Origin: a virus
IMG/VR virus record: IMGVR_UViG_3300021062_000001
DNA: 64,000 nt
Reading direction: 5' to 3' (one strand)
The notes beneath the pieces were generated by a model. It was given only the letters and a program-made list of their open reading frames with translations, was not told the origin of the DNA and did no database searches. Within the stretch, counting starts at the first letter, position 1; each line of letters begins with the position of its first letter. Both the position numbers and the translations under genes were made by a program. Positions 50,368 to 59,670 of the stretch are shown in pieces.

Positions 50368-50772
50368 ATGGCTATCCCGATCATTCGCGGCCGCAACGGC
50401 GTCATCTTCGAGTCCGTCGACCCCAAGACGGGCCGGACGAACGAACGGTACCGCTGGTGGGCCGAACGCGGGCTGATGCACTGGGAGAACCAGAGCAACG
50501 GCAACTACGGGTCGGTCTCGATCCGCCTCGTGCTCCAGCGGCTCCAGGCGATCCAGGACATGATCCGCAACAGCCGCACGGAGCGCGGCTACATGAAGCC
50601 GGACGACGTGAACCGCTACCAGCGGTACGTCGACGACATGATCGTCGAGATCCAGAAGGCGAAGGAGCAGGGCGACCCGCACAACGCCAAGCACTCGAAG
50701 CAACACGCCGAGGACTGGAAGGCCAAGCGGCACAGCCGCCTGGTCGTCGTCCCCGGCCTGCGGACGTTCTGA
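50368..50772 (+). CDS. hypothetical protein
   Basis: 134 aa ORF. Confidence 0.65.
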   Translation: MAIPIIRGRNGVIFESVDPKTGRTNERYRWWAERGLMHWENQSNGNYGSVSIRLVLQRLQAIQDMIRNSRTERGYMKPDDVNRYQRYVDDMIVEIQKAKEQGDPHNAKHSKQHAEDWKAKRHSRLVVVPGLRTF

Positions 50773-50810
50773 ACGACCGGTAACTGACTGACGGACCGAC
50801 AAGGAGGCGC

Positions 50811-51173
50811 ATGGACGCGCGTACCGCATTTAAGCAGGGCTTCATCGCCCACTGCATCGAGCTGGGACACACCGACCCGGCCGCGATCCGCGACATCGTC
50901 AAGCAGGCGTTCGTCACGGAGGCGGTCAACAAGGTCACGAACTTCGCCACCGGGGCCGGCAAGCTCGGCCTCGGGCTCGCCCTCGCCGCCCCGCCGATCG
51001 TCGGCGGCGTCGCCGGCCACCTCGCGGCCAAGGCGACCGACGTCTCGGACTACGACGTCGAGGAGGCCAAGAAGCAAGAGGTCATCGACGAGTACCGCCG
51101 CCAGGCCGAGCGCATGCGGCGGTCCGGGCTGCTGCGTCGGTACACGGCGGGCGGGCCGGGCAACCTGCTCTAA
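50811..51173 (+). CDS. hypothetical protein with central TM segment
   Basis: GKLGLGLALAAPPIVGGVAGHLAA; AAGGAGG upstream. Confidence 0.6.
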   Translation: MDARTAFKQGFIAHCIELGHTDPAAIRDIVKQAFVTEAVNKVTNFATGAGKLGLGLALAAPPIVGGVAGHLAAKATDVSDYDVEEAKKQEVIDEYRRQAERMRRSGLLRRYTAGGPGNLL

Positions 51174-51182
51174 AGGACGGCC

Positions 51183-51584
51183 ATGGCCAGCTCCAGCATC
51201 TTCAAGTTCGCGAACCAGACGAACGGCGGCAAGGGCCGCATCCTGCACTGGGGCCGCGCCGACATCGACGGTGCCCCGTTCCGCGGGTCCGCCCCGCCGA
51301 TGCTGCAGGGCGAGGAGATGGAGGACCGGCTCGTGCGGGTCGCCGACCCGCACGTCCGCATCTTCGACCTGAGCAACGAGCACGACACGAAGGCCTACCT
51401 CGAAGTGCGGGACATGATCGTGAACGGGTGGGCGCACACGGTCTACTGCAAGCGGGTGGTGACACGGAACCGGAAGACGGACCTGATCCGCGTTCGCATC
51501 GTCCTTGAGTGGGTCCAGTTCTACATGCAAGACGGCCAGCCGATGATGTCGCAGCGGCCGTACATCGGGAGGTCCAATGACTAG
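51183..51584 (+). CDS. hypothetical protein
   Basis: 133 aa ORF. Confidence 0.6.
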   Translation: MASSSIFKFANQTNGGKGRILHWGRADIDGAPFRGSAPPMLQGEEMEDRLVRVADPHVRIFDLSNEHDTKAYLEVRDMIVNGWAHTVYCKRVVTRNRKTDLIRVRIVLEWVQFYMQDGQPMMSQRPYIGRSND

Positions 51585-52467
51585 CGCGAACCCCTTCGTC
51601 ACCCTCGGCCGCTTCGCCGCGAGCGAGAAGCAGGCCCTCGACCCGGCCGCGTACGAGCAGCAGCTCGCCAGCGCCGGCATGAAGGACATCATGCACACCG
51701 GGCTGGCCGCCCTCGGCGTCGGCGCGGCCGCCCGCGGCGCGATGGGCCTGGCGAACCTCGTCAAGCGGCACACGAACCCGCCCCGGCCGAAGTACCCGCA
51801 GGCGATCGTGACCCGCGTGCCCGTCCCCGTCGAGGAGGACGAGGAGAAGACCGCCGCGATCACGGCCAAGGACGCCCACCCGTGGTACTACCCGGGCATG
51901 CTGCTGGCCGGCGGGGCGGGCCTGGTCGGCGGGTGGAAGGGCGTGGACTTCCTGCTGGAGAAGCAGCGGACCGCCCAGAAGGAGCACGAGCTGCGGCGGG
52001 CCAAGGGCGACTTCGAGGAGGCCCTGCTGTCGAGCTACGGCCAGCCCCGCAAGATCGGGCCGGGCGGGGTCGCGACCAAGACGGCCGCCGCCGAGCTGGG
52101 CGAGCTGCTCGACGGCGTGTTCGACGGCATGCAGCAGAAGCAGGCGTTCAACTGGGACAACCTCAAGGGCCGGATCGGCGGCATGTACGGCATGTACGCC
52201 CTGGCGACCGGCATCCCCGCCGCGATGTGGCAGTACAACCGCACGAGCAGCACGGGCCGCGGGGCCACGCTCGACAAGGCGATGAAGCTCCGCAGCCGCA
52301 AGGCGTACATGAACCGCCCGAGCGAGATCTACGCGGTCCCGGAGCCGGTGCTGCGACGCAAGCCGGCCCCGGCCGCCGACGCCGCCGCGCTGGCCGAGGT
52401 CGAGGGCGAGCCGACGCTTGAGGGCGACGCGCCGCTCAAGCCCCGCCGCCGCGTCGACTTCCTGTAA
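51577..52467 (+). CDS. hypothetical membrane protein
   Basis: 296 aa; GLAALGVGAAARGAMGL, WYYPGMLLAGGAGLVGGW. Confidence 0.6.
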   Translation: MTSANPFVTLGRFAASEKQALDPAAYEQQLASAGMKDIMHTGLAALGVGAAARGAMGLANLVKRHTNPPRPKYPQAIVTRVPVPVEEDEEKTAAITAKDAHPWYYPGMLLAGGAGLVGGWKGVDFLLEKQRTAQKEHELRRAKGDFEEALLSSYGQPRKIGPGGVATKTAAAELGELLDGVFDGMQQKQAFNWDNLKGRIGGMYGMYALATGIPAAMWQYNRTSSTGRGATLDKAMKLRSRKAYMNRPSEIYAVPEPVLRRKPAPAADAAALAEVEGEPTLEGDAPLKPRRRVDFL

Positions 52468-52500
52468 CCGCCGCTGCCGCACGCTCAGGGAAAGGACGCC

Positions 52501-55500
52501 ATGGGCCGCCTCGGATCTGGCATCAACATCATGGGGGATTCGGACCTCGGCATCATGGACGCGATGCCGGGGTTCGTCTCCGCGCCCATGCAGCTGCAGG
52601 CCCCGAAGCCCGTCGAGGAGGTCGAGGCCGAGCCCGAGGGGCTGCGGGCGTTCGGCGACGTGGACGCGACCCGCAAGGCGATCTACGACTCCGTGTTCGA
52701 GGCCGCCTCGAAGATGGAGCCGACGAAGAACCAGAAGCACACGCTCCGGCTGACCGGCGTGCAGTGGCAGGACCCGGACAAGTTCACGATCCGCCAGCGG
52801 AAGGAGGCCCTGCTGCGGGGCGAGACGCTCGGCCGCCGGCTCAAGGGCACCTGGGAGCTGCTCGACAACGCGACGAACCAGGTGATCGACCGCCGCGAGC
52901 AGACCGTGCTCCGCGTCCCGCACCTGACCGGGGGCGGCACGTTCGTCCACAACGGAAGCGACTACGCGCTGGGCAACCAGCAGCGGCTCCGCTCGGGCAT
53001 CTTCGCCCGCGTGAAGGACAACGGCGAGTACGAGTCGCACGTCAACGTGCTGGAGGGCGGCCCCTCGCACAAGATCCAGCTGAACCCGGAGAAGGGCGTC
53101 TTCTACGTCAACATCGGGCAGGCGAACATCCCGCTGCTGCCGCTGCTGCAGACGCTCGGGGCGAGCGAGAAGGACCTCCGCGCGGCGTGGGGCGACGACC
53201 TGTACGCCCGGAACTACCAGAAGGCGGACGGGACGGCGATGGCGAAGATCGTCGCCAAGTTCCTGAAGAAGCCGCCGGTCGACGGCACGAGCACGGCCGA
53301 CGCCCTCCGCCAGACGTTCGAGAACATGCGGCTCGACCCCGAGGTCACCAAGCGGACGCTCGGCCAGCCGTACGACCGCCTGGGCAAGGACGCGCTGGTC
53401 GCCGCGACCGCCAAGCTCCTGCGGGTCCACCGCAAGGAGGAGGAGCCGGACGACCGCGACCACCTCGCGTACCAGACGTTCCTCGGCCCCGAGGACCTGT
53501 TCGCCGAGCGGCTCCGCAAGGACCGCGCCGGCGTCCGCCGCAACATGCTCTTCAAGATCAGCGGCAAGGGCAGCCTGCGGGCGATGGGCTCCAGCCCGCT
53601 GCAGGACCAGATCGACTCGGCGATCATGTCGTCGGGGCTCGGCCAGGCCCTCGAAGAGATCAACCCGGCGGAGATCCTCGACAAGAACACGAAGATCAGC
53701 CGGATGGGCGAGGGCGGCATCCCGAGCTACGACGCGGTCCCCGACGAGGCCCGCGCCGTGCAGCCGTCGCACTTCGGGTTCATGGACCCGCTCCGCACCC
53801 CGGAGAGCTTCAAGGCCGGCGTGGACGTGTTCCTGAGCGGCAACGTCCGCAAGGGCCGCGACGGGAAGCTGTACGGCCGGTTCGTCGACGCCCGCACCGG
53901 CAAGCCGGCGTGGAAGACGCCGCAGGAGGTCGCGGACGCCGTCGTCACGTTCCCGGGGGCCGACAAGCTCCCGTACAAGCGCATCCCCGCGATGAAGAAC
54001 GGGCGGATGGGCTGGGCGACCCGCGAGGAGGTCGGCCTGGTGCTGCCGACGATGGAGCACGCGTTCAGCCCGATCGACAACCTGATCCCGCTCAAGAGCC
54101 AGCTCAAGGGCCAGCGGGCCAGCATGGCGAGCCGGATGACCACCCAGGCCCTGCCGCTGGTCGGCGCTGAGGCCCCGCTGGTGCAGAGCGGCCTGCCCGG
54201 CTCCAAGGGCGAGCGGAGCTACGAGGAGGAGTACGCGAAGCACATGGGGGCCGTCGTCGCCGACCGCGGCGGCAAGGTCCTGGCCGTGACGCCGGACGCG
54301 ATGACGGTGAAGTACGACGACGGCAAGGTCGACACGATCGAGCTGTACAACAACTTCCCCTACAACCGCAAGACGGGCATCACGCAGACGCCGACCGTCA
54401 AGCCCGGCCAGCGGTTCGAGGCCAAGCAGCCGATCGCCCGGTCGAACTTCACGGACGACAAGGGGGCCGCCGCGCTGGGGCTCAACGCCCGCGTCGCGTA
54501 CATGCCGTGGGGCGGCCAGAACTTCGAGGACGCGATCGTCATCAGCGAGGGCATGGCCAAGCGGATGACGTCCGAGCACATGTACCAGAACGGGCTGGAG
54601 GTGAACGACCGCACGAAGGTCGGCCGCAAGGAGTTCATCTCGCTCTTCCCGTCGAAGTACGACAAGGCCACGCTGGCGAAGCTCGACGATAAGGGCCTCA
54701 TCAAGCCCGGCACCCAGGTCCACTTCGGCGACCCGCTGATCCTCGCCGCCGAGGAGCGGAGCACGGCCCAGAACAAGATCCACAAGAAGGGCACGCCCGC
54801 GTTCAACGACGTGTCCGTCACCTGGGACCACCACGACCCCGGCATCGTCACCGACGTCGTCGAGGGCAAGAACGGCCCGGTCGTCCTGGTGAAGAGCCAG
54901 CACCCGATGCAGGTCGGCGACAAGATGAGCGGGCGGTACGGCGACAAGGGCGTCGTCAGCGCGATCATCCCGGACGACCAGATGCCGCACGACAAGGACG
55001 GCAAGCCGTTCGAGGTGCTGCTGAACGACCTGGGCGTCATCAGCCGGACGAACCCGAGCCAGTGGGCCGAGGCCAAGCTCGGGGCGATCGCCGCCAAGCT
55101 GGGCAAGGCGATGAAGGTCGAGGACTTCGACCCGGCGGTCGAGGACCGCGCGGCGTGGGTCGAGGAGCAGATGCGGAAGCACGGCATCCCCGACCAGGAG
55201 GACGTGACCGACCCGGTGCGGGGGACGAAGATCCCGGGCATCTCGACCGGCAACCGCTTCTTCATGAAGCTCCACCACACGGCCGAGTCCAAGGGGCAGG
55301 GCCGCGGGTCGGGCGCGTACGCCTCGGACGACACGCCGGCCAAGGGCGGCGAGACGGGCAGCAAGCGGAACTCGCTGCTGAACGTGAACGCCCTGCTCTC
55401 GCACGGGGCGACCGACTACCTGCAGGACGTCGGGGCGATCAGCGGCCAGCGGAACGAGGACTACTGGCTCCAGTTCATGCAGGGGTTCTCGCCCCGCAAG

Positions 55501-57006
55501 CCGAAGGTCCCGCTCGTGTACGAGAAGTTCGTCAACGAGCTGAAGGGGGCCGGGATCAACGTCGTCCGCGAGGGCAGCCAGCTCCACGTCATGGCGCTGA
55601 CGGACAAGGACGTCGACCACCTGGCCGGCGACCGCGAGATCGAGGTCGGCGACACGGTCGACTTCTACAACGAGCTGAAGCCCGTGAAGGGCGGCCTGTT
55701 CGACAAGACGAAGACCGGCGGCCACCACGGCAACCGGTGGGCGGCGATCAAGCTCGCGGAGCCGATGCCGAACCCGGTCATGGAGGAGCCGATCCGCCGC
55801 GTGCTCGGGCTGACGCAGAAGCGGTTCGAGGACGTGATCGCCGGCCGCGAGCCGCTGAACCCGCAGACCGGGGCGACCGGCCCGCGGGCGATCGCCGAGG
55901 CCCTGAAGACGATGAACGTCGACCGGGAGATCGCGATCGCCCGGGCGAAGATCCAGAACGGCACGAAGGCCGAGCGGGACATGGCCGTGCGGAAGCTCGG
56001 CTACCTCAAGAGCGCGAAGAAGACGGGCGTCCTGCCGGGCGACTGGGTGCTGAACCGCGCCCCGGTCCTGCCGCCGCAGTTCCGCCCCGTGAACGTGATG
56101 GGCGGGAAGAACGTACCGCTCGTCGCGGACGCGAACTTCCTCTACAAGGAGCTGTTCGAGGCGAACAAGAACCTCCGCGACATGAGCGAGCAGGTGGGCG
56201 ACGACGTCGGCGACGAGCGGCTGGCGGTGTACCACGCGTTCAAGGCGGTCACGGGCCTCGGCGAGCCGATCACGCAGAAGAGCCAGGAGAAACAGGTCAA
56301 GGGAATCCTAAAATCGGTTTTTGGATCTTCGCCGAAGTTCGGCACCGTGCAGCGGAAGCTGATCGGCTCCACGGTCGACAACGTCGGCCGGGGCGTCGTC
56401 GTCCCGAACCCGGACCTCGACATGGACAGCGTCGGGCTCCCGGAGGACCGGGCGTTCGACGTCTACAGCCGGTTCGTCGTCCGCCGCCTCCGCCGCTCGG
56501 GCATGCCGATGGCCCAGGCCCTGCGGCACGTCAAGGACAAGAGCCCGCTGGCCCGGAAAGTGCTGGTCGAGGAGATGGACCACCGGCCGGTGGTCGTCAA
56601 CCGCGCCCCGGTGCTCCACCGGTTCGGCATCATGGCGTTCCGCCCCAAGCTCGTGAAGGGCTCGGTGCTGCACGTCCCGCCGCTGATCGTGAAGGGCTTC
56701 GGCATGGACTTCGACGGCGACGCGGTGCAGTACCACGTCCCGACGAGCGAGGACGCCCGGGCCGAGGCCCTCGACCGGATGCTGCCCAGCCGGCAGCTGC
56801 TGAGCCCCGGCGACTTCAAAAGCCCCGTGCACGTCCCGGGGCAGGAGTACGTCGGCGGGCTGTACAAGGCGACGAGCGGCCGCAGCAAGCGGCCGGTCCG
56901 CTACTTCCGCAGCGCCAAGGACGTCCGCCACGCCTGGGAGCACGGTGAGGTCGCGATCGACGACGTCATCAAGGTCCTGGGCGACGCGGTCGCGGCGAAG
57001 CGGTAG
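52501..57006 (+). CDS. multisubunit RNA polymerase: beta-like subunit fused to the N-terminal (RpoC1-like) half of beta'
   Basis: Beta motifs: RAVQPSHFGFMDPLRTPES, GQNFEDAIVISE, GDKMSGRYGDKGVVS, FFMKLHHTAESK. Beta' motifs: NRAPVLHRFGIMAF and catalytic MDFDGDAVQYHVP. Confidence 0.9.
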   Translation: MGRLGSGINIMGDSDLGIMDAMPGFVSAPMQLQAPKPVEEVEAEPEGLRAFGDVDATRKAIYDSVFEAASKMEPTKNQKHTLRLTGVQWQDPDKFTIRQRKEALLRGETLGRRLKGTWELLDNATNQVIDRREQTVLRVPHLTGGGTFVHNGSDYALGNQQRLRSGIFARVKDNGEYESHVNVLEGGPSHKIQLNPEKGVFYVNIGQANIPLLPLLQTLGASEKDLRAAWGDDLYARNYQKADGTAMAKIVAKFLKKPPVDGTSTADALRQTFENMRLDPEVTKRTLGQPYDRLGKDALVAATAKLLRVHRKEEEPDDRDHLAYQTFLGPEDLFAERLRKDRAGVRRNMLFKISGKGSLRAMGSSPLQDQIDSAIMSSGLGQALEEINPAEILDKNTKISRMGEGGIPSYDAVPDEARAVQPSHFGFMDPLRTPESFKAGVDVFLSGNVRKGRDGKLYGRFVDARTGKPAWKTPQEVADAVVTFPGADKLPYKRIPAMKNGRMGWATREEVGLVLPTMEHAFSPIDNLIPLKSQLKGQRASMASRMTTQALPLVGAEAPLVQSGLPGSKGERSYEEEYAKHMGAVVADRGGKVLAVTPDAMTVKYDDGKVDTIELYNNFPYNRKTGITQTPTVKPGQRFEAKQPIARSNFTDDKGAAALGLNARVAYMPWGGQNFEDAIVISEGMAKRMTSEHMYQNGLEVNDRTKVGRKEFISLFPSKYDKATLAKLDDKGLIKPGTQVHFGDPLILAAEERSTAQNKIHKKGTPAFNDVSVTWDHHDPGIVTDVVEGKNGPVVLVKSQHPMQVGDKMSGRYGDKGVVSAIIPDDQMPHDKDGKPFEVLLNDLGVISRTNPSQWAEAKLGAIAAKLGKAMKVEDFDPAVEDRAAWVEEQMRKHGIPDQEDVTDPVRGTKIPGISTGNRFFMKLHHTAESKGQGRGSGAYASDDTPAKGGETGSKRNSLLNVNALLSHGATDYLQDVGAISGQRNEDYWLQFMQGFSPRKPKVPLVYEKFVNELKGAGINVVREGSQLHVMALTDKDVDHLAGDREIEVGDTVDFYNELKPVKGGLFDKTKTGGHHGNRWAAIKLAEPMPNPVMEEPIRRVLGLTQKRFEDVIAGREPLNPQTGATGPRAIAEALKTMNVDREIAIARAKIQNGTKAERDMAVRKLGYLKSAKKTGVLPGDWVLNRAPVLPPQFRPVNVMGGKNVPLVADANFLYKELFEANKNLRDMSEQVGDDVGDERLAVYHAFKAVTGLGEPITQKSQEKQVKGILKSVFGSSPKFGTVQRKLIGSTVDNVGRGVVVPNPDLDMDSVGLPEDRAFDVYSRFVVRRLRRSGMPMAQALRHVKDKSPLARKVLVEEMDHRPVVVNRAPVLHRFGIMAFRPKLVKGSVLHVPPLIVKGFGMDFDGDAVQYHVPTSEDARAEALDRMLPSRQLLSPGDFKSPVHVPGQEYVGGLYKATSGRSKRPVRYFRSAKDVRHAWEHGEVAIDDVIKVLGDAVAAKR
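56304..56328 (+). promoter_or_regulatory. palindromic box copy 11, variant, inside the RNAP ORF (AATCCTAAAATCGGTTTTTGGATCT)
   Basis: AT-rich island in a GC-rich gene; nearly identical to copy 3; encodes ILKSVFGSS. Confidence 0.45.
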
Positions 57007-57026
57007 CGTCAAGGAGGACGCGCACC

Positions 57027-57341
57027 ATGGAACTGATCGCTCGACCACTGAAGTTCGGCGGGCCGAAGCTGCGGCGGGTCGCCCAGGCCGCCCGGGACCG
57101 CAGCGGGCGGCTGGCGGTGAACACCCCGATGCTCCACCTGATCGAGGCGTGCTACGCCGGCGGCCCCGACGACGTGCGGCTGGGCGTGGAGCACTACCAC
57201 GACCCGCTGCTCGACGGGCTGTACGCCGACCCCGTGGCCGTCGCGGTGACCGCCGACCGCTCGCTCGTCGGGCCGGGTCACCCGGACGACCAGTACCGAG
57301 GCATCCCGCCGGAGCGGGCCGCCTGTATCCTGTTCTCCTGA
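57027..57341 (+). CDS. hypothetical protein
   Basis: 104 aa; AAGGAGGA upstream. Confidence 0.6.
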   Translation: MELIARPLKFGGPKLRRVAQAARDRSGRLAVNTPMLHLIEACYAGGPDDVRLGVEHYHDPLLDGLYADPVAVAVTADRSLVGPGHPDDQYRGIPPERAACILFS

Positions 57342-57435
57342 CCGCCGCAGCGCACGGGGCTGGCGGCGGACCCGGTAGTTGTTACACTAACGGGTGAGCA
57401 CGCAAGGAAGCACTCAACACGCAAGGACGCGACCT

Positions 57436-58203
57436 ATGTCGAAGCACCTCGTCAACCCCCAGCTCCTCGGAATGGCGTACCAGAGCGTCGCCGGGTCGCT
57501 GGCCAAGCACGCCGCCGCACCGCAGCCCGTCGCGCGGTCGTTCAACCTGATGGACCCGAACGGGTACGACAAGGCAGCCTTCGTGCCGGCCGGCGACCCG
57601 AGCATGGACCCCGCGGCGGCGGCCGGCGGCGGCGCTCCCCCGCCCCCGGGTGGCGACCCTGCGGCCGGCGGCGGCGGTGCTCCCCCGGCCCCACCGGCGG
57701 CCCCGCCGGTCGACCCGAACATGATCGCCCAGCAGGTGCTGTCGATGATCCAGTCGCAGGGCGGCGGGATGGGCGGCGGCGGGGGCATGGGCGGCGTCGA
57801 GCCGATCAAGCCGAAGATCGACGTCAACGTCGAGATGCTCCAGATCAAGAAGATGCTCGCCAAGATCTGCGACACGCTCGGCATCGTCATCCCCGCGAGC
57901 GACATGGCCGTCACCAGCCAGGACCTGACCCAGATGGCCCAGCAGCAGGGCCAGGCGGGCGGGGCCGGCGGCGGTGCCCCGCAGCAGAGCGCGATCGCCC
58001 CGATCTCCCCGATGCAGCCGGCCGCGCCGGGCATGGGCGGGGGCGGCGACGCCGGCGGCGGCATGGGCGGCGGGCCGAAGATGGCCAGCGCCAAGCAGGC
58101 CGCGGTCAACAACGGCCGCGGGTTCAGCACCGAGGGCCTCGGCAACCTGACCAACAAGGCGGCCGCGATCGCTCAGCTCCGCAGCCGCCGCCGGGCGGGG
58201 TAA
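57436..58203 (+). CDS. hypothetical protein with Gly/Met/Pro-rich low-complexity blocks
   Basis: ATG 57436 (ORF from GTG 57394); QGGGMGGGGGMGG, GMGGGGDAGGGMGGG. Confidence 0.6.
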   Translation: MSKHLVNPQLLGMAYQSVAGSLAKHAAAPQPVARSFNLMDPNGYDKAAFVPAGDPSMDPAAAAGGGAPPPPGGDPAAGGGGAPPAPPAAPPVDPNMIAQQVLSMIQSQGGGMGGGGGMGGVEPIKPKIDVNVEMLQIKKMLAKICDTLGIVIPASDMAVTSQDLTQMAQQQGQAGGAGGGAPQQSAIAPISPMQPAAPGMGGGGDAGGGMGGGPKMASAKQAAVNNGRGFSTEGLGNLTNKAAAIAQLRSRRRAG

Positions 58204-58212
58204 GCAGCGACC

Positions 58213-58491
58213 ATGTTCGTCGAGATCCTGTCCAAGTTCGGGGGCGAGCCGATCCGCATCGAGGCGGCCCAGCTCGTCGTGCGTAACGACTCCGGCACGC
58301 CCGTGATGGTGGCGGGGGAGTACGGCCCGAACAGCACGATCCGCGTCTCGCACGGCGCGGACGAAGACTTCAACCAGTCGCTCAGGGCCTTCGGCTACGG
58401 TCAGGAGACCGTGGTCATGGAGACCGTGAGCACCAGCAACACGCCGATCCCGGCCGGTGCCCGCCGCGTTGGCGGCCCGTTTGGTCGGTGA
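58213..58491 (+). CDS. hypothetical protein
   Basis: 92 aa ORF. Confidence 0.55.
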   Translation: MFVEILSKFGGEPIRIEAAQLVVRNDSGTPVMVAGEYGPNSTIRVSHGADEDFNQSLRAFGYGQETVVMETVSTSNTPIPAGARRVGGPFGR

Positions 58492-58519
58492 CACCCCGTT
58501 CTCCGAAGGAGACACCCCG

Positions 58520-59536
58520 ATGGCAGCGAACGAAAGCTCGAACAAGGCCTACTACGGCAGCGGCCAGAAGTCCGTCATCAACAACAAGAACCCCCTGTAC
58601 CGCACGGGCAACGTCAACGACCCGCTCCAGGCCAACGCCTCCCCCGTCCACGTCGCCGGCGACACCTCGACCGACCAGTATTACAAGAACGGCGGCTCGA
58701 AGATGCAGCGGCGGGCGGCCGAGCCCGCGAAGTTCATCCCGGTCGACCCCCGCGCCGACTCCAAGGCCCGCCCGGCCGCCGGTGCCGCGTACACGACGCC
58801 GCTGGAGGGCGACCTCCGCCGGCCGCTGCTGGTGAAGGAGGGCCACCCCGCCGCGATCCGCGCCGCCGTCGCCCGCATCGTCGAGCTGCTGCTCGGCGGC
58901 ACGAGCCCGGTAATCGTCCACGTCGCCGACGTCGGCTTCGAGCCGGACATCCGCACGGGCCTCGACATCCGCGTCGCCCGCGAGGAGATCTCCCGCGACC
59001 AGTACCGCGACGTCCAGTTCTCCCTGGCCCCGAAGACCGGCACCGAGCTGGCCGACCAGACGTTCGGCGCGATCGACCCGGCGAGCCTGCCCGAGGTCAA
59101 GGTCGGCGAGGACCCCGAGGACGCGATCCCCGACGACATCGAGGCGTTCGTCAAGGGCAACACCGACGCGGACGACGTCGCCCCGGCCGCCCCCGAGGCG
59201 AGCCGCGTCCAGACGATCTCCGCCCCGGCCGCCCCGGCCGAGGACAACGACGACACGGACGACGACGTGACCAACACGCAGGGCTCGGACGGCCCGCAGG
59301 GTCCGGCCGGCGTCGCCGACGAGGCCCCGGTCGGCAACGTCCCCCGTCCCGAGGCCGTCAAGGCGGCCCCCGAGGCGAGCAACGAGGAGCCGGCGATCTC
59401 CACGACCGCCCCGGCGGCCGCCGACACCGACGACGAGGCCGAGACGGCCGACGAGCCGGCGGCCACGGGCGACGCCGCCCCCGCCGCCGCCGCCGACGCA
59501 CCGGCGACCGGCAAGAAGGGCCGCAACCGCCGCTGA
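58520..59536 (+). CDS. hypothetical protein with acidic disordered C-terminal half
   Basis: ATG 58520 after AAGGAG; 338 aa. Confidence 0.65.
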   Translation: MAANESSNKAYYGSGQKSVINNKNPLYRTGNVNDPLQANASPVHVAGDTSTDQYYKNGGSKMQRRAAEPAKFIPVDPRADSKARPAAGAAYTTPLEGDLRRPLLVKEGHPAAIRAAVARIVELLLGGTSPVIVHVADVGFEPDIRTGLDIRVAREEISRDQYRDVQFSLAPKTGTELADQTFGAIDPASLPEVKVGEDPEDAIPDDIEAFVKGNTDADDVAPAAPEASRVQTISAPAAPAEDNDDTDDDVTNTQGSDGPQGPAGVADEAPVGNVPRPEAVKAAPEASNEEPAISTTAPAAADTDDEAETADEPAATGDAAPAAAADAPATGKKGRNRR

Positions 59537-59560
59537 TCCTGACAGTCCGCACGCGACGAC

Positions 59561-59606
59561 GACGCACCCCGCGGACCGGCCTCGGCTGGCTACCACGGGG
59601 TGCGTC
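59561..59606 (+). terminator. terminator-like hairpin (no clear T-tract)
   Basis: 11-bp stem GACGCACCCCG / CGGGGTGCGTC with a 24-nt loop. Confidence 0.45.
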
Positions 59607-59613
59607 GTGTTAA

Positions 59614-59638
59614 GATCCAAAAACCGGTTTTGAGAAGC
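59614..59638 (+). promoter_or_regulatory. palindromic box copy 12 (GATCCAAAAACCGGTTTTGAGAAGC)
   Basis: Core 59620-59631; after a hairpin; 39 nt before GTG 59671. Confidence 0.6.
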
Positions 59639-59670
59639 CACGGACGGCGACACACAAGGCACGGAGGCCT

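Noticed and set aside
4682-59638. The palindromic box as an intrinsic terminator, or as a MITE/transposon end
   Set aside because: **Terminator.** The stem would be only A/U pairs around a CCGG centre with no usable loop, and no G+C-rich stem precedes the U-run. Where real terminators occur, they sit separately just upstream.

**MITE or transposon end.** The copies are single and all in one orientation. They have no paired partner or visible target-site duplication.
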